The notes under the pieces: generated by a model
Told to the model about the DNA's origin: nothing
The model's database searches: none
What the model saw: only the letters and a program-made list of their open reading frames with translations
Translations under genes and position numbers: made by a program
Assembly: GCF_964204645.1 (NCBI RefSeq)
Contig: NC_134026.1
Location: 26,818,150-26,882,149 of the forward strand
Reading direction: 5' to 3'
Length of the DNA stretch: 64,000 bases
Source of the DNA: Tubulanus polymorphus
Lineage: Eukaryota; Animalia; Nemertea
Shown here: in pieces, positions 1 to 13,907 of the stretch
How the letters are laid out: the number at the start of each line of letters is the position of its first letter
Numbering within the stretch: the stretch's first letter is position 1

Positions 1-3000
1 GGTTGAAACAACTGTCGAATTCACAAGGATGTGGTTTAAGGTAGTATTTCTGTATAAAATAGGGCCTATGGAAAGATGAATAAGGAATTCAGCGATAGAT
101 ATGTCACATTTCTTAGAAAACTATTCAATTTATAATGCAGGAACTTGTAGTACAGGGCCTTTATTACCATGAATTAAATAGAGTAGGTGTCTTGATATTC
201 ATTCCGATCTAAGAAATCTATTAAAACTGGTGGGTGGAAAAAGGAAGTATATGTTAGTACTAAAGTGTTTACCGATATCAAGGCTTTTGATAAGGGATCA
301 ATAAATGACAGATTCTGCTTACTCGAATCCCTAAGGTTATCTTTTCCTGTACTTGTCGCAACCATAAACAAATTGAACCTGTGAGATTGTAGCTCGACAT
401 CAGATATGTTTCGTATTCATAATCCACTATTTCATGGCATCTTTATTTCTTGGTAACTATGAAATCGCTCTGACAGAGTTTTATCCATGAGTGGGTTTTG
501 CAGCACTGCACTGGGTGGCACTTTGTCAATGTACATTCTACGTGGGTCAAATGCTGGTCATAGTTCAGAGAGTGTCTATGATAATGATTTGTCGTAAAAC
601 CGGATCTGACTTGATACGACCTTCTCTCCCTCAGGGAACCTTCATGGCAGGGATTTCGCCTATCAACCCTTGCTGGCCAGTTAAGAGCTATATACACATT
701 TTCTCTCTCATTAAGTTTTATATCCTAAGTGCTCATGGAGTTTTAGTACATAGTAGATAATCAGATAATTCCAGCACTCGGTGCCCTTTTCTTCATCATA
801 AACCAACTACCGGTAACTGCTAGCATTCTCAAGATGTGGCTATGCTGTTTTTGGGACAAATATTTTCAGAATTCATACATTCATAGCATAAGAACATGTG
901 GATTCTGTAGGCATTCAAATTAATCGTTAGGATAGTGCAGAATAGCAATGTATATATAATGATCCTGGGAATGTCATAAATCGTACATTCCCTGTATTAT
1001 ATATTTGCCTTTTTCAACTTGGAGAATTAATTGGGCATGCAATGTAGCTCACTAACATGTATTTGGGCAATGGGCTCAATTGGAAATTTAAGTGACTGAC
1101 AATCTTAAACCTTGGGTATTACATGGTTGCTTACACTTAATATTGTGAACGCTACATTAGAGTGTGGGAAAATAATCCAGATTTTCTGTTAAAATGAAAG
1201 TAATTAGCAAAAAAAGAAATTTCACAGATTTGTATTAGATGATAATGATACAGTCAAACACATAAGTCGTCATGTTACAAGTCATATAATCACCTAGGTT
1301 ATAATCCAGTTTTTCTGACTTAAGTAGCACTAGCTCATGGAAGTCATAAAAAGTCATTACGTCCCAAGCTCTACGACAAACAAAAGTCTGAATGTAAAAT
1401 TGGATGAAATATAGGCTGTCCCCATTACGATACCTTAAATCTATGTTCTTTTCTAGACCAGTAAAACAGTTAAATATCGTGTAAAAGTTATGATTGTTAC
1501 CAGATTTTGAAAAAAAATATCAGCATGCAAATTGAACAGTTTAATCAGTATAACCTGCTGGATTATTCATGTAATCTGAAACTAACCATTGAACTATAAA
1601 AATGTATGATCCATTGCACTATCAGTATCAGCACTGATTAATCTGAACTAATGACATGTATTATTTTAATCTGTTATGGATGATGATGATGAGGATTATT
1701 ACACTGCTGGTTATTGAATAAATTTAACAGGTGTATAGTGCCCTGACAGGTGGCATTAGACACACATGCGAATATCTACAGCGGGGAGGAAACTGATGAC
1801 TAGAATAGCCAGGTGAATAAACTATACCATTCACTTCGCTTTTCAATCCATTCATGAATTAAACAACAGTATTGCACAATTAAACAACATCTGGCATGAT
1901 TTCCTTCCTCCTACTTTTGATAATAGTTGACCAATCTCTAAAGCGTGCAACCTATATTTGTTTTTCCCATCCCTGTAGTATTAGAACTAATATATTTGGA
2001 ATTTGATCATTTAGCATGATTATTAAACGTGTCATTAAACTTTTGCCAGTTATTCAGTAACTGTCTAAAAAATTACACGGAAGTCTTATCTGTAACTGAG
2101 GGGATGCACTTTTGATTGTAAATGCACTGCACATTGGCATTGCGTCAAATTCACCCAGTGGGTCAATGGCTTTTCCAGTGTGATTTGCCTGTTACCAAAA
2201 ATTCATAAAGACTATGAATTTTTGCTGTTACCTATTGATATTTTTGGCTACTCAATTTTGCACCAATTGCAAACGAACTTAGTGCCACACAGTTATTGCT
2301 AATGAGACGCTTGAAAGGACTATTGCATATAAACAGGGTTATTGAAATACAGAACTTACTGAATAATGATTTCTTGTTATAAGTCATATGTTACTCTATA
2401 TTTGTAAGTATAGAGATTGATTTACAATTGAACTTTTAAGAACTTGTCTTTTTAATGAGTTTTTCGTTATTGCCTTGCTACTGTAGTATTGCGTAGAAGT
2501 TATATATTTGTAAATCCAGTCCTTTGATTGTATTTGTAATAGGCACAGTTCTCTTATGTCACTTCTATTGAGCTAACATGTGAGCCATGCTTATGTTTCC
2601 AGTAAATACACCCTCCAGGTGTATAATTGCTCCAATTTCCACATTCTCTCTTGAGCAATCTCTTAAAATTTCTGTGGCCTATTGAATAGATTTGACAGGC
2701 ATCACTTGGACCACACGCCAGCTGCTAATAATAGAAATCATCCACACTAATTCAATACAGAATGATTTTAGAATCTGTATGTGACTTGAAGGATTATAAC
2801 ATCTCACATTAATGACGAACTGTTACATAATTTTTCTTGGGCATTTCATTGAAGAGCAAATTCCTTAGATTTGAATTGTGGATAAGGGTCAGTCATGAAA
2901 TTCATTCAGACATTCTTGTAGTAGTTTTAAGCTACGTTTACGATAAATGAAATGAAACCCTATTAATTTTGAAAAATCGAATGCACTTCAAATATCTATT

Positions 3001-6000
3001 TCATCATAAGAATGGAAGCTCATGCTAAAACAAAGCAGCTGGTTAATAAGTGGCAGGTAAAAGTACATGTAATTCAATACAGTTCGATGCCATTCAAATT
3101 TTTATATACGAAACATGTGTCCTTCACCGGCCTTGATACTCTTTTTAAAAGTTCGATCAACATGTACTTACAAAGTAGTTAAAAACGGCATGCCATGTTG
3201 ATGCTCGAATAGGAAGAGTCTTGATAAAAATGAGGGATAATTATTGACTGATTGTATTTAATTAGTATGAATAAGACCTATTAACATTTCTATGGATGAG
3301 TTTTATGACAGCCCAAATCAGATATTCAATAGCAGAAAGGCACACTCCGCGCACCAGTCAGCCACCTGTCATTCTTTGCACTTCGCTTGTGTTGCCATGG
3401 CTGTGGTAAGCCTGGCCTTAGGACTTCAGTTCAATCACCTCCCTGGTTCAATCACAGATTCTAAAACGCTTTAGAGTCAAACTTATTTGATTTGCCCAAC
3501 GAGCTTCTAGTTGAATTCCTACATTAAGTCTGTGGAAATCGATTTTCCAAGGCTAGGCACGATGTACATGTTTTTTGATAGGCATCAGTTATTTCTGGGA
3601 ATTTTTATTTGTACAATTATTCAATTGTATAATTGATTATGCAAACATTGGCGCTCTCTTCCATATTTTCTAATGTTTTTGAACAAACAATGAAGACTGA
3701 TTCATTCCATGGGCACCTAAATGCGTTAACAATTTAAAAAAAAAATCATTGACAAGCTGTTTCAAAGCCTTTCCAATAAATGAAACCTGTCAGTGATCAC
3801 AATGTGTGAGAGTTTTTTTTTGTATATTTTCCTATAGCAGAATAATTTATCAATCTTTCCATCTGTTTATTTTCTATTGAGTTAATTGTGTATTTCACTT
3901 TGGCTTGCTAATTGAGTTATGCTTATTCCATTATTCCATAACTTTTTCTGAATGTAATTCACAATTTGTGACATATGTTTTTAATATCTACTCGTCCATT
4001 CTGTTGTACGAAGCTTTTTGATATATCTGATTATGCTATACAAGATAACTGAGTGTTGTGCTTTTGAAAATTGCTGATCAGGCATTTTTGGTTTGGCGGT
4101 ACTAGACCTACTTGCTTTATATGATGGTTTTGCATGTTTTTTATTTGACTGTATGTTTTCATTATGACAGGTGTTTATGGTATACGATCATGTAATGCGA
4201 GTGAACCTAAGTTTTCCTAACATCAGCAATATCAGTTAATATAAAGATTGAATAGGTGGCAATCATCACTTTTGAGTGCGCAATGTAATTATCAGGATGC
4301 TGTTTAAATATAAAACAATACATACTTGTGCCTCAATTGCTTATTAATCGTTTTTATAATTCAACTGACTGCGTTTTCTATTACATGATTTGGTTACCAT
4401 CACCTGGACAAACTCGTGGTTCACTTAAAATTTTTGGAGTTACTTTTCAAAATTTCTGGCTGTCTTTTTGAATAACAATTGCTAATTGGGCTATCGAATT
4501 ATAACTAGCCAATTAATTAATTTATGGCTCATTGATAATTTCAATAGTACCCGTTCGTCACTGGATTTTAAACCAAATTGATTTTGTCTCTCTTTCAGAA
4601 AACAATATATTTTATAGATTTTATAATGCTTTAGAGCTAACTTCATGATTAGTCACTGCACTCAGGAGTTTGCAGCTGTATTATTTCTGCCTGAGCGGTG
4701 ACATTGTTCACAATTGCCGCAGTCTCGTATTTCCATAAAGATTTTTCTGGCAGGCCTTCGTTGGAAGTAAAAGACATGATCGATGGGGCAACCCGAATTC
4801 TATCAGATTGTCTCCTACTGTGATTAAACAACAGTGCATATTTAATTAGCAGACGCTGAACGAATGGTCTTAATGCATTGAGCACATTTTGTAATCGGTA
4901 CCTATTATCGATTCACTAAAGATAAGTGTTGGCTTCATGCTGATAACTCACGCGGCACGAAGCATGTCAAGAGTGTCTCAGAAATATTGATTTCCTGGAT
5001 GTATATTATCGTCGGAAATCTTTTTTTTTTTCATATAGATGACGACTTGTCCAGTCATTTCAATTCGATCTTACAACAATATTCAGTTAACGTATTATGA
5101 AGGTGTCCTTGGTATCTAGCTATACATTAGACTACCGGCCAACTCTGAGGATTTGGCCCTTCCCCTTTTCTGATACAATTCTCTTAATATTTGAACCAGG
5201 GTAGCAACAAAAATGATCAAAGGGATTGCACAGATGCCACCGACGTTACTAAATATCCTAGAAGCCCACCTAAATTTTTTCACAAAGATTTTATTGGAGA
5301 ACCATTTTTAAATTCTTCATTTCACAGGGGTTAGTTAGATTTATGAAAATGTGGAAAATTCAGCAAGTTTAAATTATGAAATAATCTGACAATTTTCAAA
5401 AATGAACAAACTTTTTTGTTTGTAGAAAGTCTTTATATCCTCTTTTGTGGAATATCCTTTCTGTTTTACCATTAGAAGTAGATAGATAGATTTTTGTGCT
5501 CCTCTTCATTGAGGCCTATTCTTAATGCTGTTTTCAAAATACTCTATTAAGAATATTCATGTTTTCACAGTTTTTTTTCAAACGATTTAAAAATAGGGAA
5601 ATTAGACTACTTTACCACTTTATACCATTCCTAAAACTGGACTCAATTCCGGTCAACTTATGGTGAAATATCATTCCATTCTGTTCAGTTGGACGATGAG
5701 CTCTCTTATATTGTTTTGTCAGGGTGTTCTGAATTCCTACTTGAAAATAGTTATGAGAGCCTGGATATCTGCTTAACTTCAATCATGTATATGTATATGT
5801 ATATCTATATGAATATATACATTTGTAACTGGGTTTGTCCCATACTGAAAGTTACAACAGGGTTTCTAGTTATTTCGTCATGAGTTGTTGATGTAAAGTT
5901 GAATTCAAACTTCCTTTGCGGCCATGTAGAGAGGAAAGCAGCCATGTAGAAAAAAAAGAAAGTCTGAAAAGGAAATATTAGAAACAGTTTTGATGCCCCT

Positions 6001-8816
6001 ACAACGCAAGTTATCGGAGAGAATGTATCTCAATTTCTATCGATTATTTCGGTAATTAGACTCATGTCAGATGTAAATGCATAAACACCCATTAGTGAAC
6101 TTGTTTAAATAGAATAATGACTGAATTTTGTTGACACGTTGAAGTATTTTTCGATGTTTTAAAAACTGTGCTGTTATTTCCTCATGCTTATGTCAGACTC
6201 GTTGAAATAACTAATGTGTTGATGATCAGTTTAATTATGCCTTACTGTTTCGCTTGGCCTCTTGTTTCTTGTGAATTGCCACGATTTGATGACTCTCCAT
6301 TGCTCCACTTCACTGGAGATCCTATTTTAATATTGCCTATTCTGCTCTTGAAATCGAGGTTGTACAAACAGCGTGGAAATGTGCTGTCCTCATCAGGACA
6401 GAGAGTACTAACGGCACACTTTTGGTCACACTCTTTCAAGTGAGCGAAACACATGCTTCGATCGAATTTTTTCTCTGGATAGAAGCAGATATTGCATAGT
6501 GCTTTTAGAAAAAAAAATTTCATCAGCTTTGATTAAACTAATACTAGATTCAGTCTTATGGATGATAAGACTGTGGCATGAAATTAGTTATGGTAAGACA
6601 CATTCATTGTCTGATCAGCAGAGCGCGTCCAGTGTTTATCGATCTGACTGTCAATTGCTGAAAGCGAGAAGGTCGTCAATTGCTCAAATTAACGAGACCT
6701 AATGTGCACACGCGCAATATCCTCCCGTCCGTTATGCCATTGAAAGACTCGCATGCAAACATTATCAAAAAAGAACTCATTAGTCTGTTTAAATTCGGGC
6801 ATTATTTCAGTTACCGTGGAAACCATTGTAGTGTCAGTTTTTCCAATTTCCTGTAATATCATTCCACCTGTGATTACGACGTGTCCAATGATGATGGAAT
6901 ACAATAGAAATTTATAAAGCCATGTCTTCCTTATTCTTATCAGCGTCGTAAAACTGTTATAGATAAGTTGAAAAATTACGCATTGACAGCAGGAGTAAGA
7001 GGATGTTGAACACCAGAGAGTGTTTGATCGCCGATAACAATATTCCCATTCGTTCCAGCCGCCTCATTTTTTCCCATAAATAATGCATTTTATCGATTGG
7101 GGCTAGAAGCTCATTGAAATTCAGCGCACGCCAAGATTTAATACCTGCTTGGCTGGGTCTGGGAAAAATAAACACGTGCAGAGCGCGTGTTGGCAGACGA
7201 TGATAGAGAAGCCCATTAATTATGCATGAAATATGAATCTATACCCTGTCACTGAATATGAGCGGGAACATGGGCACAAATAGTTCGATGTAGTTGCACA
7301 TGAGCCATTCTAAGTTTAGAAGGACTTGTTTTACTGTTCAGGTTTCACTTATGCGAGGACATTCTGGATTGGCATAAATGAAGCTTTGCGGGTGGTGTTT
7401 TTAATGCATGCCTCGAAATCTGATTTAAAAATGTAATTATAACTTGAAAGTATTCAACATCTTTCCTTAGGGGTCTGTATTATTTACGAGTAATAATAAC
7501 TTTACAGATAGAATTTAGGCGTAGTCCGCTTCTCAGCTCGTAATTCATTTATAGAACGACCACGCTGGGAAAGCGTTGCTGTAAGTTTTTATGTCTTTCA
7601 TATCAAAAGGTGTTTTGCCAAGTTGTGCGTATTATATTTCCACTTTAAGACGCAACTGTACAGCCCACGGTTTACAATATCAAACGTGCTTATCAATAAA
7701 TATACATTGCTTGAGGAACGAAGTAAGATAGACTTAAATTGAATGATCAATTTTTCACTAAATCCTAATTAGAAATCATTACTGCATTTAAATGAATATG
7801 GATGGTAAGGTGCTTTTGGAGTAGTATATTATTCTTACTCCTACACCTTGCATATAATGTTGTACTAAGTAAAACCCTTGAGAACTTTATGAACATATAT
7901 TTATAGAGCCTTGCGTAGGTGAGACTTTAACCGATTCTAGAAAATAGAAAATGAAAAAGAAAACATCGTACATGTTCTTTGGGGTGTGGTTGACAACTGT
8001 GCATGCTATAAAGGATTAGACATGAAATGTTTTACTGATGGATCATACAATGTGTCCATATAACATGTCCACATGATTTTCAGAGGCTTCTGTTATGGTT
8101 CAAATTGTTGAGTTTTGAGAGTTTTTATGTATGAATAGTCTTGAGACAGAGTTTTAGCTCAGATGTGTAAATAGTAAGTTCAGTATCTGCCTCCTGAATT
8201 ATAACATAGGCATGTTTTCCAATAGAAGTGACTTGGAGAATATTAAAATCTCATCTCCTGGAACTATTAATCAAAGCTAAAAATGAAAATATGACCTTCT
8301 ATCAAATAAATCCAAATTTGATCAAGAGAAGTTATGAGATAGTTGTCTAAAAGTGATATGCTTTGAAGAGGGATAACGAGTCATTAATACCAGCCTGGAT
8401 TCTTTGAAAGTTACAATATTTTCTTTTGAATTAACAGCAACAGATCAGATCAGAAATTGTGTTAATGAGAAGTTGTTTTTGTAATATACTTGTTCAGGGT
8501 TGCGGGTTCATCATAAGCTTCATCATTCATCCATTATATATGAAAACAATTTCAGCTGAACGCAAATTGAACAGAAGCCACTGAAAAACTCATCAAGTTC
8601 TATTTTCTCTGATCAGTAACTTATTTGGGAATGCTTCGAATTTGGCTGTGGATCCCAGTAAATTTTATTTCTTTTATTCGAATGTATCGCCCTGGATGTC
8701 ACGTTTCAGATTCCATGGTATGCTGAGTTTTTAAATATTACATAAGAAATATTTCAAGTCAAAGCGTCATTTAGAAATGAAAAATTGCTTTTGATTGTTG
8801 TTCAGCGTTGATTATT

Positions 8817-8861
8817 CTTCTAAAGTTTCGAGGTTTTAACTAAACCTCATCATCAGAGAAA
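8817..8861 (-). ncRNA. Minimal type I hammerhead ribozyme motif (Penelope-like element type), core intact
   Basis: The minus strand reads TTTCT-CTGATGA-T-GAGGTTT-AGTTA-AAACCTC-GAAA-CT-TT-AGAAG. This gives a CUGAUGA core, an extra 9b nucleotide, a perfect 7-bp helix II, GAAA, a vestigial helix III with UH, and a 5-bp helix I (one G-U). AATAA follows. Confidence 0.6.
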
Positions 8862-9496
8862 CGAAAATGAAATAAATTCAAAAAATTTCAAAATATAGAT
8901 GTTACCAAGGAAGATTTGGAAGAGGAACAAGAGACAATCGCTAAATATACAGATAAGACAATATAAGTGCTCGAAGAAGGATTATTTAGCAGATATGTAC
9001 AACTTTGAAAAACCGAGAATATACCAGTCTTGTCTTGCTTTTGATCATTATCATCTACAGATCTCTCAGTTTGACATGTGATCATTATACATACAGAAAC
9101 AGCCAGAATGAAAAAAGATAAAAGCTCTCATTATCTTTGATGAGGGTGACGTGGTGTCTTTTAAAGGATGCTTTATATGGAAGTGGTTACTTTTTATGGG
9201 TCGGTATCTTAAATCGATGTTAGGCTGTTGAGGGTTACTGCAGATAGGTTTCATTTCGGTATTTGCATAATAACTGCCACATATTTTCATCTTCAACTCA
9301 AGGGTGATGGCATTCGTTAATATTCTAAGAGGCTTTTTAAAGAGCACATCGCATCACTTAAGTACTTCTTGTATGGACTTCTTGTATGTTCTGACCATCT
9401 CGTTATTGAAGGAGACCAATGTTATCAACAACTTGACCAAATTCTGCCATATTTTCATATTTTATGTGATGTTCAATCATAAGCCCTTTCTATTAG

Positions 9497-9641
9497 TAAA
9501 TGACCAACAGGCTCTGAAGACCTTCCAGTTAGGTCAGTAGATAGGGATGAAGTAGATGTGTTTGAGAACGTTATGAGATTGCCGATCTGTTTTCTGTTTT
9601 GTCTTGGATCAATAGTGATATGATGAGAAATAGATGATATT
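9497..9641 (-). mobile_element. Possible highly decayed GIY-YIG endonuclease remnant of a Penelope-like element
   Basis: The minus strand translates to NIIY...KTDRQSHNVLKHI and, in a shifted frame, SEPVGH. This loosely echoes the NVIY..ETxR..EH..PVxxHF pattern. It lies about 650 bp 5' of a hammerhead motif on the same strand. Stops and frameshifts are present. Confidence 0.2.
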
Positions 9642-12600
9642 TATGAGTAAATCAATGGTTTTTGTTGATGAAGCTAATAATGTAGCTAATGATTTGATGC
9701 ATTTTTTCAAACAAACACCTTTTCATAATAATCTATGCTAAACACAGTAGTATTCTGAAACAATTTTGTTTATTTCAATAAGAAAAAACTTTCAGATTGA
9801 CTTTTGTTAATTACCCAAGATTTCATCTTTATCATCACATTGTTGGCTGTTCACGAGAAGCCAAATTTTTCTATGACATCTGATCCCTGAAATGCACAAT
9901 AAGAATCACATTTCCATCAGATTTATTGTAAGATAGTTTTTTTTAGAACATGTTCAAGAATATTTAAATGGTTTTAATGTAATGTGGAGCTGATTACGAA
10001 AGACATTTATTTAGGCAGGATAAAGGTGGACCACATTTTTATTCTGTGGCAAAAAAGCTAATCATGATAATACCTTACATTAACCCGTATAATTCAAGGT
10101 TGCTTCGGTGCTGTTTTTGGTACAGTGTAAATTTATATCCCCCTTTGATGTATAAAAGCTATTTATCTTTTATACCCTCGGCAAGCTTTGAAAAGGTCTA
10201 ATAGATATAATACACCTCTCAGTGCAAAACCCTGCATGATCGAAAGGCCTAATGCCATAGTTGATAGGAATTCATCGCATGAAAATAGTGTATTGTCTCA
10301 TTTTTAATAGTACGTATCAATAAAATAATCCATTTCTGCCCATAAGATTGGCATCATTGAAAATCAATCGCGAACTGTCAAAAGTTGCTCAGCTTCAGCA
10401 AAACTGTCTGGTGCCTCGATAATAAACCAGACATCGCTTTTAGCAAAAATATTGATGACCCTTTTGAGGGACCCTTTGTACTATAGTCACTATCAAACTA
10501 CATAAGATAATGTTGCACTGATCAATAGAACAACAGAAAATAATTACATTCATGTACTGAAACAGACATTTTTCCTGAAATGGTTATAGTCTAAAGGGCC
10601 CACAGGCTTATATTCTAGAATTGATTTAACAAAAATATTTTGGTTAGACACAATCGAAAAAAGGTGTGCCAATCATGAATGAAGCTCATGCTATGGTAAG
10701 CTACAGTACTTCTAAGCCATGATCTAGAACCATCTCATTTTCTTAGCGATGATCAGTTCGATTTCAGTTGCATTATAGCCATCAAATAATGCTTATCATG
10801 TGTGTTGGTGATGGTAGGGTGTAGAGCTTTGCTAGCAGTGAAGTATGATTGACACCATGGTTGGTATCCATGAGAACAAATCTTTGCATTGACGAATTTT
10901 ATCTAGCCTTGGAGTAATCGTTTTACCATCTCGGATGGTTTGAGTACTGGGGGTATATAGTTAAAGTTGATAGAACGGTTAAAGAAACATTCATAACAAA
11001 TACAGATTAATCAGAAAGCTATTACCACCTGACCCGAGACTGAAATACCCGTTGAGAGAAGATATAATGATGTGTAATATCTTCATAGGTGGCTTGAAAA
11101 AGTATGAAAATAATGTTAGCAATCCTGGGTATTTTACCACCTGTCTCAGGTATGCCTGCACACTGGGAATATAACCACTTGTTGGTCAAATTCCTCATCT
11201 ATCAGTTAATGATAAAAAAGGATTTATGTCTCCAAACCATAAGTTCATTTAAGAGTCTGAATTTTTGGGTATTTTTGAAATAATTTTGCTTCATGATACC
11301 TAGCCTTCATAGATTTGACAATGTCACATTTCAATCAATATAGCGCAAATGTAGAGATATAAGTATGAAAAGTGCCGGTGCTTGTTATAAAATTCTTTTT
11401 AATCCAGATAGAAAATTGAATCAATATCGGAGGACAGCTTTGAAACTTTGATGCAATAGCCATCATGCTCATTATCCTGAAACATCATTCTCATGATGAG
11501 ATCAAGGAAGAGAGGTGAGCTATACCTAGATAGAGTAGAGCTACACCTAGAAACACATTTATAATATTGATATTTGCCGGGTCAAGACTTATGGAAGAGT
11601 TGGAATTTATTTGCCCGAATATCCACTACTTTAGCGTAATTTCAGCTGTGTATGGATCATGAATGCACTGAATGCCTTGTACTCGGTAAACTATATAAAA
11701 ATCGATTTTGAAAACGCTACTACCGGGTACATACCCCAACCTGGGTCATTGGGTACTATAATTACTAAACTGGATTGATTGAAATATTTATATTGATATT
11801 GATAAAATTTGATTTAATTTCATTACATGATAATATGTTTTATCGCTATTTTGTAACAGATTAAATTACATGAACTCGTGGAACACGTATTCCAGTTAAT
11901 TCTTAGTTGTATTATCAGCTGACAGATTTGTAGATAAAACTTTTTAATCGAAAATGTTTTGTATGATCAGCTTAAAAGAATAGATATGTACATATCCAAG
12001 CAAGTCAACTTTAGCAAATCAAACGAATAGAATGTGACATTTGCTGAAGTCAACTTGCAGATGTTGCATTCTGATGGATATATTTGGAACTGTTGGAGCT
12101 TAGATTTTCATTAGACATTTACAGAATGATTTATACAGCACAGCATGGATGTTGCGTCTAAGCATGGGTTGAAATTGCTATATGCCTCTACGGCATAGAA
12201 AATACCTGGAAAATTTCTCCGATAACCTACATATCAGGTTCATAAAAATACCAGGTGTATATTCGCTGTAGCTCAGGGCTACATGCACTAAATGTTGGGT
12301 TTTGGATTGGTCTATACCTAGTTGCATTTATCTGGGGTCAACTAACTGAAATTCTATCCAGCTAATATCAACATCATTCAAAATTCTGCCAGACCCGGTC
12401 TACGGTATGATGGTTATTTATGCATATTGACATGTAATGGCACTCAAGTGAGAGATGATTATTGAGTAATAAACCTGCATTGGATCCCTGGTATCCAACG
12501 TGGGTTTCTATGTATAAACAGGGAAGTCTGCGCCACCTCTCTGGTGTAAAATAACAGCGAACACAGCACAATATACAGTCTGTTCTCATATTTGCATGGG

Positions 12601-13870
12601 TACACACATGATGAGAGTAGATGCGGGCTAGTAACAGCTGTTGTCAAATAAAAGAGCCACCATGTTCTCATAAATAATATAGTCTCGGTTGTTTCGATTG
12701 CGTTTTCATTTCGCAAATGAATGGAGATATCATTAACCGGTATTAATCATCCCGAATAGGATATTCTACTGTTACTTTTAATCCGAATTCATAGAATACA
12801 CTTAGATATCCAGTATAAAGAAGTGTCACTGTTATTTATTAGTTTAATTATAACAAATTATTACAAGTATGTGACATTCTCCGTTAATGGTAATTTGATC
12901 GATTTCTATTCACATCAATTTTCATTCATCATTAATTTATCGACGGCTGTAAATGATAATACTTATTGGAAGGATATATCCTTGCGTGACACGACATGAC
13001 AGAGTGATAAATATTGCGATATGACAAATGTATTTCTCTAGAAAATCATTCATCAAGTTTTATTCTTCTCGGAATTCAAAATAAACGTTAGCCGTTTTAT
13101 TCCGTATAATTATGGTGAGATTTATGAGATCTTAATTCATTATTCTTCTTCAACATGTTAAACTGAGTGGTGAACAGCTTGACACTCACTTAACTATTAT
13201 TATCAGCATGTCTCTCGACATGACAATTTCAGTAATATCATTCATCATGGAAAGACAATACGTCTCAGAATTCCTGCAACAGCTGATGGTGATTTTAATG
13301 TGCATTTATGACATTTATCACTAGGTGGTCTTAATATTTATGGATTTGAGGTAATTCAGTGCAAAACAACATTTGTATGTCCGTTCCTCATTGCGCGCAG
13401 TACTGGACCATTAAAATGTTGGTTGAACATATGGAGAACTTTATATTTGTTCATTTTTAATAACTAAAACAAATTCGGTTGAATTGATTTTTACTTGTAT
13501 GTCTAGATCCTGTTCAAATGCGATCCCATCACGTAATTTCATGGAATACTTAGAATTTGACACGATCCAGCTATCAGAATTAATGCGACCTTCACCTTCA
13601 TTCAGGCAGTACTGTAAATATTCACTTGTCTATAATTACAGACTGTTTGGGTGGCAGCCAGGTCATTTGATTGATCTAGATCGCTATATATAGATTATAT
13701 GTATATATATCCAGTCTGTGTATAGTAAGGCTATCATTAATTTGTAATGAAAACTTATTTGATTTAAATTATACGTAATTATGTGTTTACATGTTCTGTC
13801 AATTTCTCTACTATGTATAGCTCTCATTGGTATATTGGGTATCTTTTTTAGAAATGGCATCTCTAAATTT

Positions 13871-13907
13871 TTCACTGAAGGTGATATCGAAATATTGAAT
13901 GAATAAA
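13871..13907 (+). ncRNA. Degenerate minimal hammerhead-like motif
   Basis: TTCA-CTGAAGG-T-GATATC-GAAA-TATT-GAATG-AATAAA. The core has A9>G, helix II is collapsed, the palindrome AATATT sits at helix III, and a polyA signal follows. Confidence 0.25.

Noticed and set aside
6384-6401. CTGATGAG on the minus strand as a hammerhead core
   Set aside because: It forms a simple hairpin (CTGTCCT/AGGACAG) and no GAAA follows a helix II.
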